Shown here one piece after another: positions 52,319 through 64,000 of a stretch of 64,000 nucleotides of DNA; positions within the stretch are counted from its first letter, which is position 1; each line of letters begins with the position of its first letter. Both the position numbers and the translations under genes were made by a program. The notes under the pieces were generated by a model. The model was not told the origin of the DNA. It did not search any database and worked only from the letters and a program-made list of their open reading frames with translations. This stretch comes from the human T2T-CHM13v2.0 reference genome, Homo sapiens, in NCBI RefSeq assembly GCF_009914755.1, contig NC_060926.1; one strand, given 5' to 3'.

Positions 52319-54824
52319 GTAAACCCAACCCCAACATATATATCCTCTGGGGAGCCATTCCTCTTGATGATTTGCCTCTTACTCCAGAAGAGACTTTGGC
52401 TAATCTTCCAAATCTAGCCAATCATTTGAAACTCACTGTGAATCCCATCCGCTACACACTTTGTACCACCAACATACTTGAAGATGTTCAAGTCCTCACG
52501 TTAGAAATATGATCGTTTTATGGTTTCTAATAATTGCCCAGAACTTGGTATGATGAATCTTCTTTCCTACTTTGCAAGTAGCTCTCTTAAAATTTGCTGA
52601 GAGTCTATCATTTTTCAGTTGTATGCATTTACTTACAAATACAAATTTGGATTTCTAAGGTTCACTTTCCTTATAGCTGGTAATCTCTCTTCTGTGCCTG
52701 GGCAGGTGCTCCATGTAGCAATCTAGGCTTAGGAGAAAGGAGAAAAAGGTAGGTTGGTTTGGTGCTCACACATCATGTCCCCTTTTAATTCTGGTGCTAG
52801 TGGACTAGAGAAATTGAGAAGGAATAGATTAGAGTCTCCTCACTTGACATGGCTGAGCTTCGCTCCTCATTAGCCATGACTGCTCTTCAGCCTCACTATC
52901 TGCAGACTCAGCACAGACAGGTGGTGGGTACCACACGCATTGCTGATGAGGGGCACATCTGTGAACAGCTGCCTAGTTGTGGTGATCCCTTTGGCCACAT
53001 CCTTCAGTTGGCAGAACCATACTTACTTTCTCTTAACCCTCAAACTAGAGTTGTATTAGAAATACAGAGGCCCCCAAATTTACCTTCTCAGACCTTTAAA
53101 TCCAAGCAACATCTGATGTTTTATCTTATCCAAAATGAAGAACTCAAAAGAAGGGAGAAGGAGAACTGGTACTTCTTGCTCTACCCCTCTCCATGAGACT
53201 TTCTGTCCCTATTTCTGGTTTTCTCACTCTGGTGGTATAGGACAGATCAGCTAGTTCACTGGCTAAGATATACACTGCAAAGAGGAATAGAATGTAAACA
53301 TTCTCTTTTCTTTCCTTGTTGCAAACTTCCTCAATCTTTTCAGGTTATCCTCTTCATCTCAGGGTAGAAAAATATGTTCTTTCATCCTCCATAAGAGGGG
53401 ATGAATGAGGCAAAAATGCATTTAATAAAGACTACAGTTTCCAAAAATGCTCCTACCTTTCTCACCACTCTGTCATTTATATTGAACAGGAAAGCGGGGG
53501 CGTGGTTGGTGTGAGAAAGGGTTCTTTGACAATTCTCAGTAAGCCCAGCAGGAATGGAGCTATCTCATGGGTCCTACGGGACCCTGAACTTCAAGGGGAA
53601 TTTAGTTCCTTTATTCTCAACACTGGGCCTTTAACATGAGTGCACGACAACTGGAAACATCCCAGTTGACTGCCTGTTAGATGTGTGTATGTGTTGCATC
53701 AGATCTGATCATCAGTTGAGTGAAGATTCGTGACCATTTTTTTGTTTATCAAAACCGTATCAAGTGGAACTTGGGCAAATGAATGGTTTCTATTTTTTTT
53801 TCTCAGCTGTTCTGGTGCTGTGTACACTGTCAGAATTAGGTCAAGGGAAGGTAGTTATTCTAATTTGCTAACACTTGCTGTGTCTGAGAATGTTTAATGC
53901 AACCACAGAGAAAAAACAGACATGTTTAAAAGGTATGGTATGTCTGTGACATGTGCTATCCCTTGACACATTTGTGTCACAGGTGCCGATTCCTGCAGTT
54001 TACTGGTGTTCCACACTTCAGTTCTGCAACTGCAAAAGGTGATGAGTAGAGGTTGTGCTTGCCTCAGCTGGGGGCAGCACTCCCCAATCAAAGATCAAGC
54101 ATACAGACTGGCAGGAAATTTAACAATTCCCTTTCCCATTCATGGAAATTCAAGCTCTTTTGTCATCATATTGTTTTTATTTGTATACTATATAGCTTGC
54201 TGAGCCTCTCATGAGATTTTGAATATGAAACTGATCAATTAGGTAAAAAGCAACTTAATTTTTAAAAAACTCAACCTCGTCACCCTGCATCACTTCAGTG
54301 TGGTGCTATTGAATGCAAATGTCAGAAATAGCCTCTTCCACCCGATTAATTATGAACCAAAGAGATCATCAGAGAGTAAGGTTGCCCCAAGGTCTGTGTT
54401 CCTTCTTGGCCTCTGTCCATCAATCTTCTGGATCAGTGGTCTTCAAGCATTTTGACTCAAACACACCCCCTTAAAGAGTTTTGAAATACCATGTACTGTC
54501 TCATACATTTTAACAGAAAAATTTTGAGATAATCATCTATTCACATGCATTTCACATGTCATAAATAATACAAAGAGACCTGTATGCTCTTTCCCTCGTT
54601 TCGCACAATGGTATCATCTTGTAAAACTGTAGTACAATATTCCAACCAAGATGTTGTCATTGATACAGTGAGATACAGACTATGTCTATCACTACAAGTA
54701 TCACTCATGTTGCTCTTCAATAGCAACACCCACTTCTCTGCCAGCCTCATCCCCTCCTTAACCCTTAACAACCACTAGTCTGTTCTCCATTGCTATAGTT
54801 TTGTTGTTTTAAGAATGTCATACA

Positions 54825-55181
<357 letters not shown>

Positions 55182-55378
55182 TTATCATTATTCTCTGGAG
55201 ATTCATGCAGGTTGTTCAGTTGGACCATTCACCCATTGAAGGACATGTGGGTTGTTTCCAGGTTTGGGCTATTATGAGTAAAGCCACGAAAAATATGTGT
55301 ATCTAGTTTTTGTGTGAACACAAGACTTCATTTCTCTGGGATAAATGCCCAGAAGCACAATTTGCATGTTTAGTTTTT

Positions 55379-55492
55379 AGTTTTGTTTGTTTATTTTTAA
55401 ATAAACTTTATTTTTTAGAGCAAAATTTCAGGTTCACAGCAAAATTGAGAAGAAGGTACAGATATGTTCCCTATATCCTCTGCCACCACACG
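55379..55492 (-). mobile_element. Short L1MC1/2-like 3'-end insertion inside the L1MD
   Basis: actttattttttagagcaaaatttcaggttcacagcaaaattgagaagaaggtacaga, flanked on both sides by tgtttagttttt. Confidence 0.65.
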
Positions 55493-55707
55493 TTGTTTAG
55501 TTTTTTAAGAAATTGCCAGATTGCCTTCCAGATTAGCTGTAACATTTTACATTCTCATCACAATGTATGAAGTCATCCTGTTTCTCTGAATTCTCACCAG
55601 CATTTGGTGTTTTCACAACTTAAACAAAAATTAGCCATTCTGATAGGTATATAGTGATATCTCAGTGTGGTTTTATTTTGTGTTTTCCTAATGACTAATG
55701 ATGTTGA

Positions 55708-56112
<405 letters not shown>

Positions 56113-57249
56113 TAAAAATATTTTCCTATTTTTTTCTAAAAGTTTTACATTTTTCCATTTTGCATTTGAGCTGTGATCTATTTTGTGTTAATTTTATGTA
56201 AGATGTAAAATGTAGGTCAGGCTTCACTTCTTTACCTATGGAGAACCAATTGCTCTAGCACCATTTGTGTAAAAAGCTACCTCTTCCCCATTTGGTTGAT
56301 TTTGTACTTTTGTCAAAAATGTGTCCATTTCTGGGTCCTCTGTTCCATTGTACTATGTGTTGATTTTTCCACCAATATGACAGTCTTGATTGCTGTAACT
56401 ATAAAATAAATCTCAATATTGAGTTAAATAGATTCTTCCCTCTTTAATCTTCTTTTTTAAAATTCGTTTCAGTATCCTAGTTCCTTTGCCTTCTCATATA
56501 CATTTTAGAATAATGTTATTTATACGTACAAAAGTTTTTCTTGGATTTTGCTAGAAATCGTGTTAACCTGTATATCAATTTGGGTAGAATTGATGTCTTT
56601 ATTACCTTGAATCTTCCAACCAATGAACACAGTATGTCTCTCAATAGGTTTTTAATTCCTTTTATCATCATTGCATAGTTTTCAGCCAACAAATTCTGTG
56701 TATGTTTTATTGGATTTACATCTAAATGTGTTCTTTTTTGAGTGATTGTAAATGATGTTATATTTTTAATTTCCATGTCAGGTGTTTATTACTAGCATAA
56801 GAAATAGAATTATGTTTCATGTATATTGTATCTTGCAACCTTGCTGAACTCCCTTATGAGTTCTAGGAGTTTTTGTAGATACCTTAGATTTTTCTAGGTA
56901 GACAATCATATCATCTGCAATACATTGTTTTTTTCTTTTTCAATTGCTATGCCTTTTATTTCCTTTTCTTGCCTTATTGAACTGGCTAGAACACTATGTT
57001 GAATAAAAGTGGTGAGAATAGACATCCTTGGTTTCCAATCTTATAGGAAAATCATTCAATCTTTCAGCATTAACTATAATGTTGACTATAGTTTTTTTTT
57101 TTGGTAGATACATTATATCAGGTTGAAAATGTTCCCCTCTATTCATATTCTTCAGAGAGTTTATTTTTTAATCATGAGTGGTCATTGACTTTTGCCAATT
57201 GCTTTTTCTGCATCAATTGATATCATTGTGTGAATTTTCTCCTTTAGCT

Positions 57250-57512
57250 TTTTTCTTGAGACAGAGTCTCTCTCTCTGTCGCAAAGACTGCAGTGCAGGG
57301 ATGTGATCTTGGCTCACTGAAACCTCCCCGCCTCCTGGAGTAGCTAGAATTACAGGCGCATGCCACCACACCCAGCTAATTTTTGTACTTTTAGTAGAGA
57401 CAGGGTTTCACCATGTTGGCCAGGCTAGTCTCAAACTCCTAATTTCAGGTGATTCACCTGCCTCAGCCTCCCAAAGTGCTGGGATTACAGGCGTGAGCCC
57501 CCATGCACAGCC
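57250..57512 (-). mobile_element. AluS with an internal ~30-bp deletion
   Basis: ttgagacagagtctc...gcctcctgg|agtagctag...gcgtgagcccccatgcacagcc; flanks cctttagctt / cccttagctt. Confidence 0.92.
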
Positions 57513-57528
57513 CTTAGCTTATCATTAT

Positions 57529-59410
57529 TATTATTATTTTATATTTTCAGTATATTAAAAAGGAACAGTACGAACGCTGTGGTATTAAAAAGGATCCTTA
57601 TTTTTCAACAAATGAACTTTTATAAACAATTCTGTAATGAAATGAAAACAGTATCTTAATACATTACAAGTTTTTGTTAAACAAGATTTTAAAATTTTAA
57701 AATTAGAAAACGTTAAGATTAAATTCTTTCAAAGGTTCAAACAAAAAAAACAACCTGTACAGTCTCCATTACATGTGTCTTTGTACACATTCTGGGCACT
57801 TTGAAAATGTTAAAGTTTTTAACGTTTGACTGACAGAAGTAGCACTTAAAGGCTTCATGAATCTTTTTTCCAAAAAAGTATGCTTTCAGTAAAACATTTT
57901 ACCATTTTATCTAACTGTGCACTGACATTTTTATTCTTCCTGAAAAGGGGATTTATGCTAACACTGTATTTTTCATGTAAAAATATACGTGTAGAGATAT
58001 TTTAACTTCCTGAGTGACTTATACCTCAAATGTGGTTTCATGAACAATGTCTAAATTTTAGAATGAAACAGTATGTGTAGATCTACACATGTATGTTCAA
58101 TTAGGGTAAAGCTCAAGAGCATGTCACAGAAATTATACCTAAATTATATAAGAAGATAAGCAATGCCTTTATCCCCAAACTTTACCAATAAGCCTTCTCA
58201 AATAGAATGTTAGTAAAGTGAATCACTGAAAAGTTTCATTTTTGAATTAACTAAAATACCAGTAGCCATTTTAGACTGTCAACCTGGATGTTTTCTTGAT
58301 TCACTAGCAAGAAATTTCTTGCAATACAAAAAGATAACAAATAATTAAAATATCTGCTTTATCATACAACTTCACCCCCTCCTAAAGTGTCTAAAATGAT
58401 TAGGAATTGTAGCACCATCTTTTGCATAAAACCCTTTCCTCTTCATAAAACCCTGAGGTGAAAGGTTATTAATGTAATAAAACCACAATTCATTTTGTAT
58501 TAAACTGTAGCTTTAAAAAAATGTATAAAGAAATGTGACAACTTGTAAAGCTGCTCTGTACAGTTTTTCAACAAAATATTTCCATATCAACTTAGTCAAA
58601 GGGCCTAAAATGACCCTATAAAAACAATGTGCTTTTAACATGTGTTAGTGTCGAGATGAGCGCCATTTTCCATCTCTGCTACTGTCTCTTCTGTTATCAT
58701 AGTCATGGCTCCAGCCATCATGATTCCTATCTTCATAGAAGAAATCATCTCTTTCCTCTGTAATGATGGTCAGACCCATGATCAGTGTAACGCTGTTCCC
58801 GGCTATAATGTCTATCTGCTAGGTAGGGATGAGAATTCATTCTGACTTTACGCTGTGATGATGGTGTACCTTGGCGCCACTGGGAGCTTGAAGACTGATT
58901 AAAACTATGACTGTGTGATTGAACTGATGGTGAAAATCCTGATTGATCCAGAGGTGAAGAAGCAAATTTTCCACCATATGACATTTGTCTCAAAGCACTG
59001 TTCATCACTGCTTGTCTCTGAAAATTTTCTGGAGAAGAGAAAGATCTCTGAATTATCTGTGCTGATGAAGTCATGTTATCCCTAGTCCTTTCGTACCTGC
59101 TAGGAGTTGTGGAGGTAGGGCTTGAATTTCCAACATGATATTGGGGATATGGCAAACTGACATCTTGCGAGGCATGACTACTTCCTGATCTAAATTGAAT
59201 TTTGATAGGCCTTCCATAAAGTTTGATTCCATTAAGTAGATTCATTGCATAAGGAACAGATACTTCATGTTTGAAATTCACAAACGCAAACTGCTTTGGT
59301 TTACCATCCTTATCTTTTGGAATTTCACCTTTATTACTGGCCCAGCCTGGTGGAAAACCTCGAAAAGGAGCTCCTCGGTCACTTTCATTTCAAGGTTGCC
59401 CACAAAGAAC
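57529..59410 (-). pseudogene. RBM7P1: Processed pseudogene of RBM7 (RNA-binding motif protein 7, NEXT complex)
   Basis: Intronless match to RBM7 from LFVGNLE.. to ..GKWRSSRH* (stop at 58645-58647), plus ~1.1 kb of 3' UTR and an (AAT)n-decayed tail. It lacks the first ~11 codons and has a 1-bp deletion at ~59323-59325 and a 2-bp deletion at ~58748-58752 (premature TGA at 58745-58747). TSD tagcttatcattat (57515-57528) / tagcttattattat (59411-59424). The P1 symbol is from memory. Confidence 0.93.
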
Positions 59411-62251
59411 TAGCTTATTATTATAGTAGATTATATTGATTGATTTTCCAATATTAAGCCAGCCTTGTATCCTTGATATAAACTCCACTTGGTCATTTTA
59501 TATATATATAAATGATATATTGCTGGGACAGGAGATTTCTCTTGAGATTTTCTCTTTGATCCATAAATTAAGAAGTGTGTTGTTTAGTTTTCAGGTGTTT
59601 GGAGATTTTCTTTTTATCACTCTGCTACTGATTTCAAGTTTGATTTTATTGTGGTCAGAGAACACATTTTGTATGATTTCAATTTTTTTTAATTTGTTGA
59701 TGCTGGTTTTATGACCCAGGATATGGTATATCTTGGTATAGGTTCTATGGACACTTGAAGAGAATCTGTATTCTGCTATTGCTGGGTGGAATGTTCTACA
59801 AGTGTTGGCTATATCCTAATGATTGAGTATTGTATCTTATTGATTGGTACTGTTGAGTTCTTCTATATCTTTGTTTTTCAGTCTAGTTGCTCTAATTGTT
59901 GAGAAGAAAGTATTGAAATCTACAGCAATAATTGTAGAGTTGTCTATTCTTTCAGTTCTATCAGTTTTTGCTTCACATATTTTATAACTCTGGTTTTTAA
60001 TACATACATATTTAGGGTTGCTTTTTTCATTGATTAACACTTTAATATCACCTGTCTCTCTTTGACTCTGATAGTTTTGTTTGCTCTGAATTCTACTTAA
60101 TCTGATATTAATATAGCCAATTCTGCTTTTTTTCATTAATAATATTTATATTTTCATATATATGTATTTTTTCATCCTTCTGTATGTATGTATTTTTCAT
60201 CCTTCTACTTATATTATTACTTCTACTTCCTATATTATTATATTTGAAGTGATTTTCTTATAGAGAGCATATAGTTGGATAATGGTTTTGGATCCAGTCT
60301 TCTAATATATACGTTTTAATTGGCATATTTAGGTTATTTGCATTTAATGTAATTATTGGTATGCTAAAGCTTAAGTCTGCCATTTTATTTTTTGTTTTCT
60401 GTTTGTTTTCTCTGTTTTTACTTTGCTGTTTTCTTTTCCTGTCTTCCTATGTATTACTTGATCATTTTTTCTTTTATGGAATTCTGTTTTACTTATCTAT
60501 AATATATCTCTTGGCATAGCCTTTTTAATAGTTGACCTAGGCAATACATTCTTTACACATAAATTATATATATTGATATTTTCATATTACCAATTCTAGT
60601 GAAGTTTAGAAATATTTATCTGCCTTTATGTCCCTTTATCCTCACTTTATTTATAGTTATTGTCAATATTTTATATGTGTACATTTAGAATCAAACTAGA
60701 CAGTGTTGTAATTTTATAATTTTTGCTTCAACCATCAAATATAATTTAGAATACTCAGGAGAGAAGGTAGGTATTTTGTATTTTCCTGTATTTTTGCTTA
60801 CCATATTTTTCTTTTTTCTTTATATTCTAGCCTTCCCCCAACCCCTCCCCCTTTCCTTTCCTTTCTTACCTTTCCTTTCCTTTCTTTCCTTTCCTTTTGT
60901 TTAGAGAGCCGTCTTTAGCCCTTCTTTTGGGGGAGGTCTATTGATAACAAAGTCTTACATTTTCTTCAATAGAGCATGTAATGGTTTCCTCCTTAAAGAA
61001 TATTTTCATTGGATGTAGAATTATGGTTAACAGTTCTTATTTTCAGTCTTGGAAAATATTGTGCCACTTCCTTCTGGTCTCCCTGACTTTTGATAAGAAA
61101 TCTACTCTTATTTGAACAGCTTTTCCCAACTTTTGGTTTTTTTTTTTTTTTTTTCTAGATAAGACTTGTATTTTTTCTTAATTTTCGGAAGTGTAAAAGT
61201 GGTGTGCCTTAATAGGGATTTCTTTCAGGTTACACTGCTTAGGGTTTTCTGAGCTTCTTGAACCTGTAACTTTATATTTCCAGACACATTTTTGAAGTTT
61301 TTAGTTCTTATTCCTTTGACTACTTTTCCAGCCACATGCTTTTTCTCTTCTCCTTCAGGACCTCAACTTACAGGAATGTCAGATCTTTTATAGTACCATA
61401 GGTCCCTAAGGCTTTGTTAATTAATTTATTTTTTTTTTCAATCTGGTTTCTCTCTGTTGTTCAAAAGATTGGCTAGTTCCTGATTTTTTTCTTTCCTTTT
61501 TTTTTTAATTTTCCAGTTCACCAATTCTTTCCTCCATCTCTTCTATTCTGCTATTAAGCTCATCCACTGAAATTTTAATTTTTGTTATTGCATTGTTTTG
61601 GTTCTAAAAGTTACATGTAGTTTTTAAAAATATCTTCTACTTCTTTGTTGAAATTATCCATTTCTTTGATAAGGCCTTCTATTTATTGTTTGTTTCAAGT
61701 GTGTTAGTAATTGCTCTTTGAAGCATTTTTTTCATACCTGCATTACAAGAAGTGGAAGTCTAGAAGTCTCTGTTGACATGTAAGTGGGGAAAACTCCCAT
61801 TGCTGCTGGAAAGGATTGGGAGTTCTGGCTTTTCATGTCTCCTGTGCTGACATCTTAGTGGGGATGACCGGATTATCACTGGCTGATGGTAAAGACCTGA
61901 CTCTTCACAGGCCTCTTCTGATGTCATGTCAACAGAGTAGGATGATGGTATTTCAAGCTCCTCACATAGTCTCCACTAAGACCCCTGGCAAGTTTTCTTA
62001 TTATGTGGATCACAGTCTTGGCGTTCTACTTGGGCTTCTCTGATACCACCCTGGTGTGAATGTTGGAACATGTCATTACAGCCTCATAAGGGTGGAAGTC
62101 TCAGCTCCCCACTTGGCCTTTGCTGGCCTACATGAGGTTGGAGGCACAGTTTTTTTCAATGGTGTTTACCTAAAGTGGCTATTATCTAAAATTTTTCTAC
62201 ATTAACAGGCTTTCCCTTTTATGATCCTTTGGTTAGAGAAAGCAGCTTTGA

Positions 62252-63100
62252 TGTCATGATATTGTGATATATTAAGAAATATATATTTGATCTTTGACCC
62301 TAGTTCCTGGCACAGAGCTCCAAAAACCTTTGAAATTTTCTGAGTGGTAGGAGTGAGAGGATCATGTTTTGTTATTCTTAATATGCACATTTTCAACCAT
62401 ACCTGAGTTTAGTTTATGCTAAGGAATGACTCTTAGGGGATGGGGCATATTGTCAAGGAAAGAGTTTTATGATTAAAGGGTTGGAACTTTCACCCCCACT
62501 CTACTTTCCCATCTCCAAGACCTTCAGGGAGAGGAGGACTGGAGATTGACTCAGTCAGCAAAGGCCAATGATTTAATCAACCATGCCTAGGCAGTGAAGC
62601 TTCCATTAAAACCTAAGGGATGGGGTCAGAGAGCTGCTGGGTTGCTGAACACATGGAGGGGTTGGGAGGATGGTGTGTTTGGAAAGGGCATGGAAGCTCC
62701 ATGCCACCTCCTAACTCCCATACCTTAGCTTATTCATCTCTTCTATTTGGCTGTTGGCTGTTTCTGAGTTGTATCCTTAGGTCAATGTTTTTCTGCATTC
62801 CGTGAGTTATTCTAGCAAATTGTCAAACCTGAGGAAGGTCATGGGAACCCCTGATTTATAGCCAGTTGATCAGATGACAGGTCACAGTCTGGGGCTTGTG
62901 ATCTGTGTCTGAAGCTGGGAGGGGTGCAGTCTTGTGGGAATGAGCCCTTTACTTGTGGGATTTGTATTAACTCTGGGAAGCTGGTGTCATAGTTGAATTG
63001 TGGGACACTCAGTTGGTGTCTGGAGAGCTGGAAAATTGTTTGGTATGGAAAACCCTCACGTTTTCTGTCAGAATTAGGAAGCAGTTTGTTTTTCTTTTAG
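62252..63100 (+). mobile_element. MER21 (B/C-like) solo LTR inserted in the L1 5' region
   Basis: tgtcatgatattgtgatatattaagaaatatatatttg...cctagttcctggcacagagctcc...gccaatgatttaatcaaccatgcct...gaattgtgggacactcagttggtgtc. Confidence 0.85.
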
Positions 63101-63320
63101 GTTGGGTCTTTTTTTTTGTCTGTGCCGTCAGCTTCAAGTGTAAGATATTACAGAAAGAAAACCCAGGGGACTCACCACTGTCCTTCTACAGATCCTGTAA
63201 TCCCTAGCCAGCCTGACTTCTTCTTGCATTTCATTCTTCTTACACTTGTTTTATACATAATGGCCACAGATTTTACTGGTACTTAGCAGGAGGAATAGGA
63301 AAAAAAAGTATATATATATA

Positions 63321-63378
63321 TTAGTAATTGCCATTATTGTTAATGGCAAAAATCACACTTACTTTTGCACCAACCTAA
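63321..63378. mobile_element. MADE1 (Hsmar1-derived MITE), left TIR internally deleted
   Basis: ttagtaattgccattattgttaatggcaaaaatcacacttacttttgcaccaacctaa, next to a (TA)n target. Confidence 0.88.
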
Positions 63379-64000
63379 CGCTGTATCTTCCAAGAAGTCT
63401 ATCTCACACATTTTGTTTATATTTAAACATTTTAATTAAAGTTCAAATATATTTTTCTTGTTATTAGAAGCTTGACAATATGAAACAGCTCAGAGAGTGA
63501 AATAAGAGGAATCATTATAATTGAAATAAATATACAAGGTTATTTTATCAAAAAGTTTTAAACCACATTTTAGAAAATAATATTTAGCTTTATCCCTTTG
63601 GTGCTTGGAAGTATGTCTATTCTCAGGGCAATGCAGTAATGATATTTATGTTGGCTAACAGTTATGCAATCTTTGGTAAAATGGGAGGACTTTTGAAAAA
63701 AGATACATCATACATTCTTGGGCAATTTGAGAGAGTAAATACAGTGAAAATATGGAATTTGTTTCCCTCATAACTGTCCTTGAATGTGGACCTGAGGGTA
63801 CCAGTGTTAAAGATCATTGTTCTAACCAAAATTTGCTTAAGCAAAACATCTGCCTAGACCTTTAGCCTAAAAGATAACTACAGTCAGATATTCTTCTCTG
63901 GCCATATTCAGAATTTGTCTTGAATGGTTATCAGGAATTAGTTGTAATGCACGGATTTTTTTTCCATCATTTCACTAATGCATTCAGCTTGAGTTTTCCA

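Noticed and set aside
58745-59281. 178-aa RBM7-like ORF as a functional CDS
   Set aside because: It starts at GTG in the middle of the RRM, is bounded by two frameshifts, is intronless with a TSD and tail, and has no promoter, so it is a processed pseudogene.
56516-60136. L1 ORF2-like peptides (56516-56776, 59837-60136)
   Set aside because: They are short degenerate remnants of the inactive L1MD, not coding genes.

Overview
Primate, almost certainly human, non-coding DNA. It is AT-rich, CpG-depleted and dense in Alu, L1, L2/MIR, solo LTRs and hAT/mariner MITEs. I find no intact protein-coding gene, RNA gene or CRISPR array; essentially all ORFs in the track are repeat-derived or chance ORFs. 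Two processed pseudogenes lie on the minus strand. One is an RBM7 retrocopy (~57529-59410, two frameshifts, probably RBM7P1, which I recall, unverified, as lying in a large CTNNA2 intron on 2p12). The other is a 5'-truncated, 3'-UTR-only retrocopy that I recognise as ETF1 (~35599-37212), which ORF-based annotation cannot see. The right ~9 kb is one old TSD-bounded L1MD-type element that split a hAT transposon and later took in about seven younger insertions. The most novel candidate is a decayed single-exon minus-strand gene at ~46015-46481. It has a 75-codon frame that becomes protamine/transition-protein-like poly-Arg if CpG decay is reversed, a CRE-like upstream motif, and a complete AATAAA/CA/GU-rich 3' end. 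A second CpG-decayed segment lies about 1.4 kb upstream of it. This gene is a hypothesis from sequence pattern only. Repeat family and parent-gene names come from memory of reference sequences, not from searches, and boundaries of old repeats are approximate.
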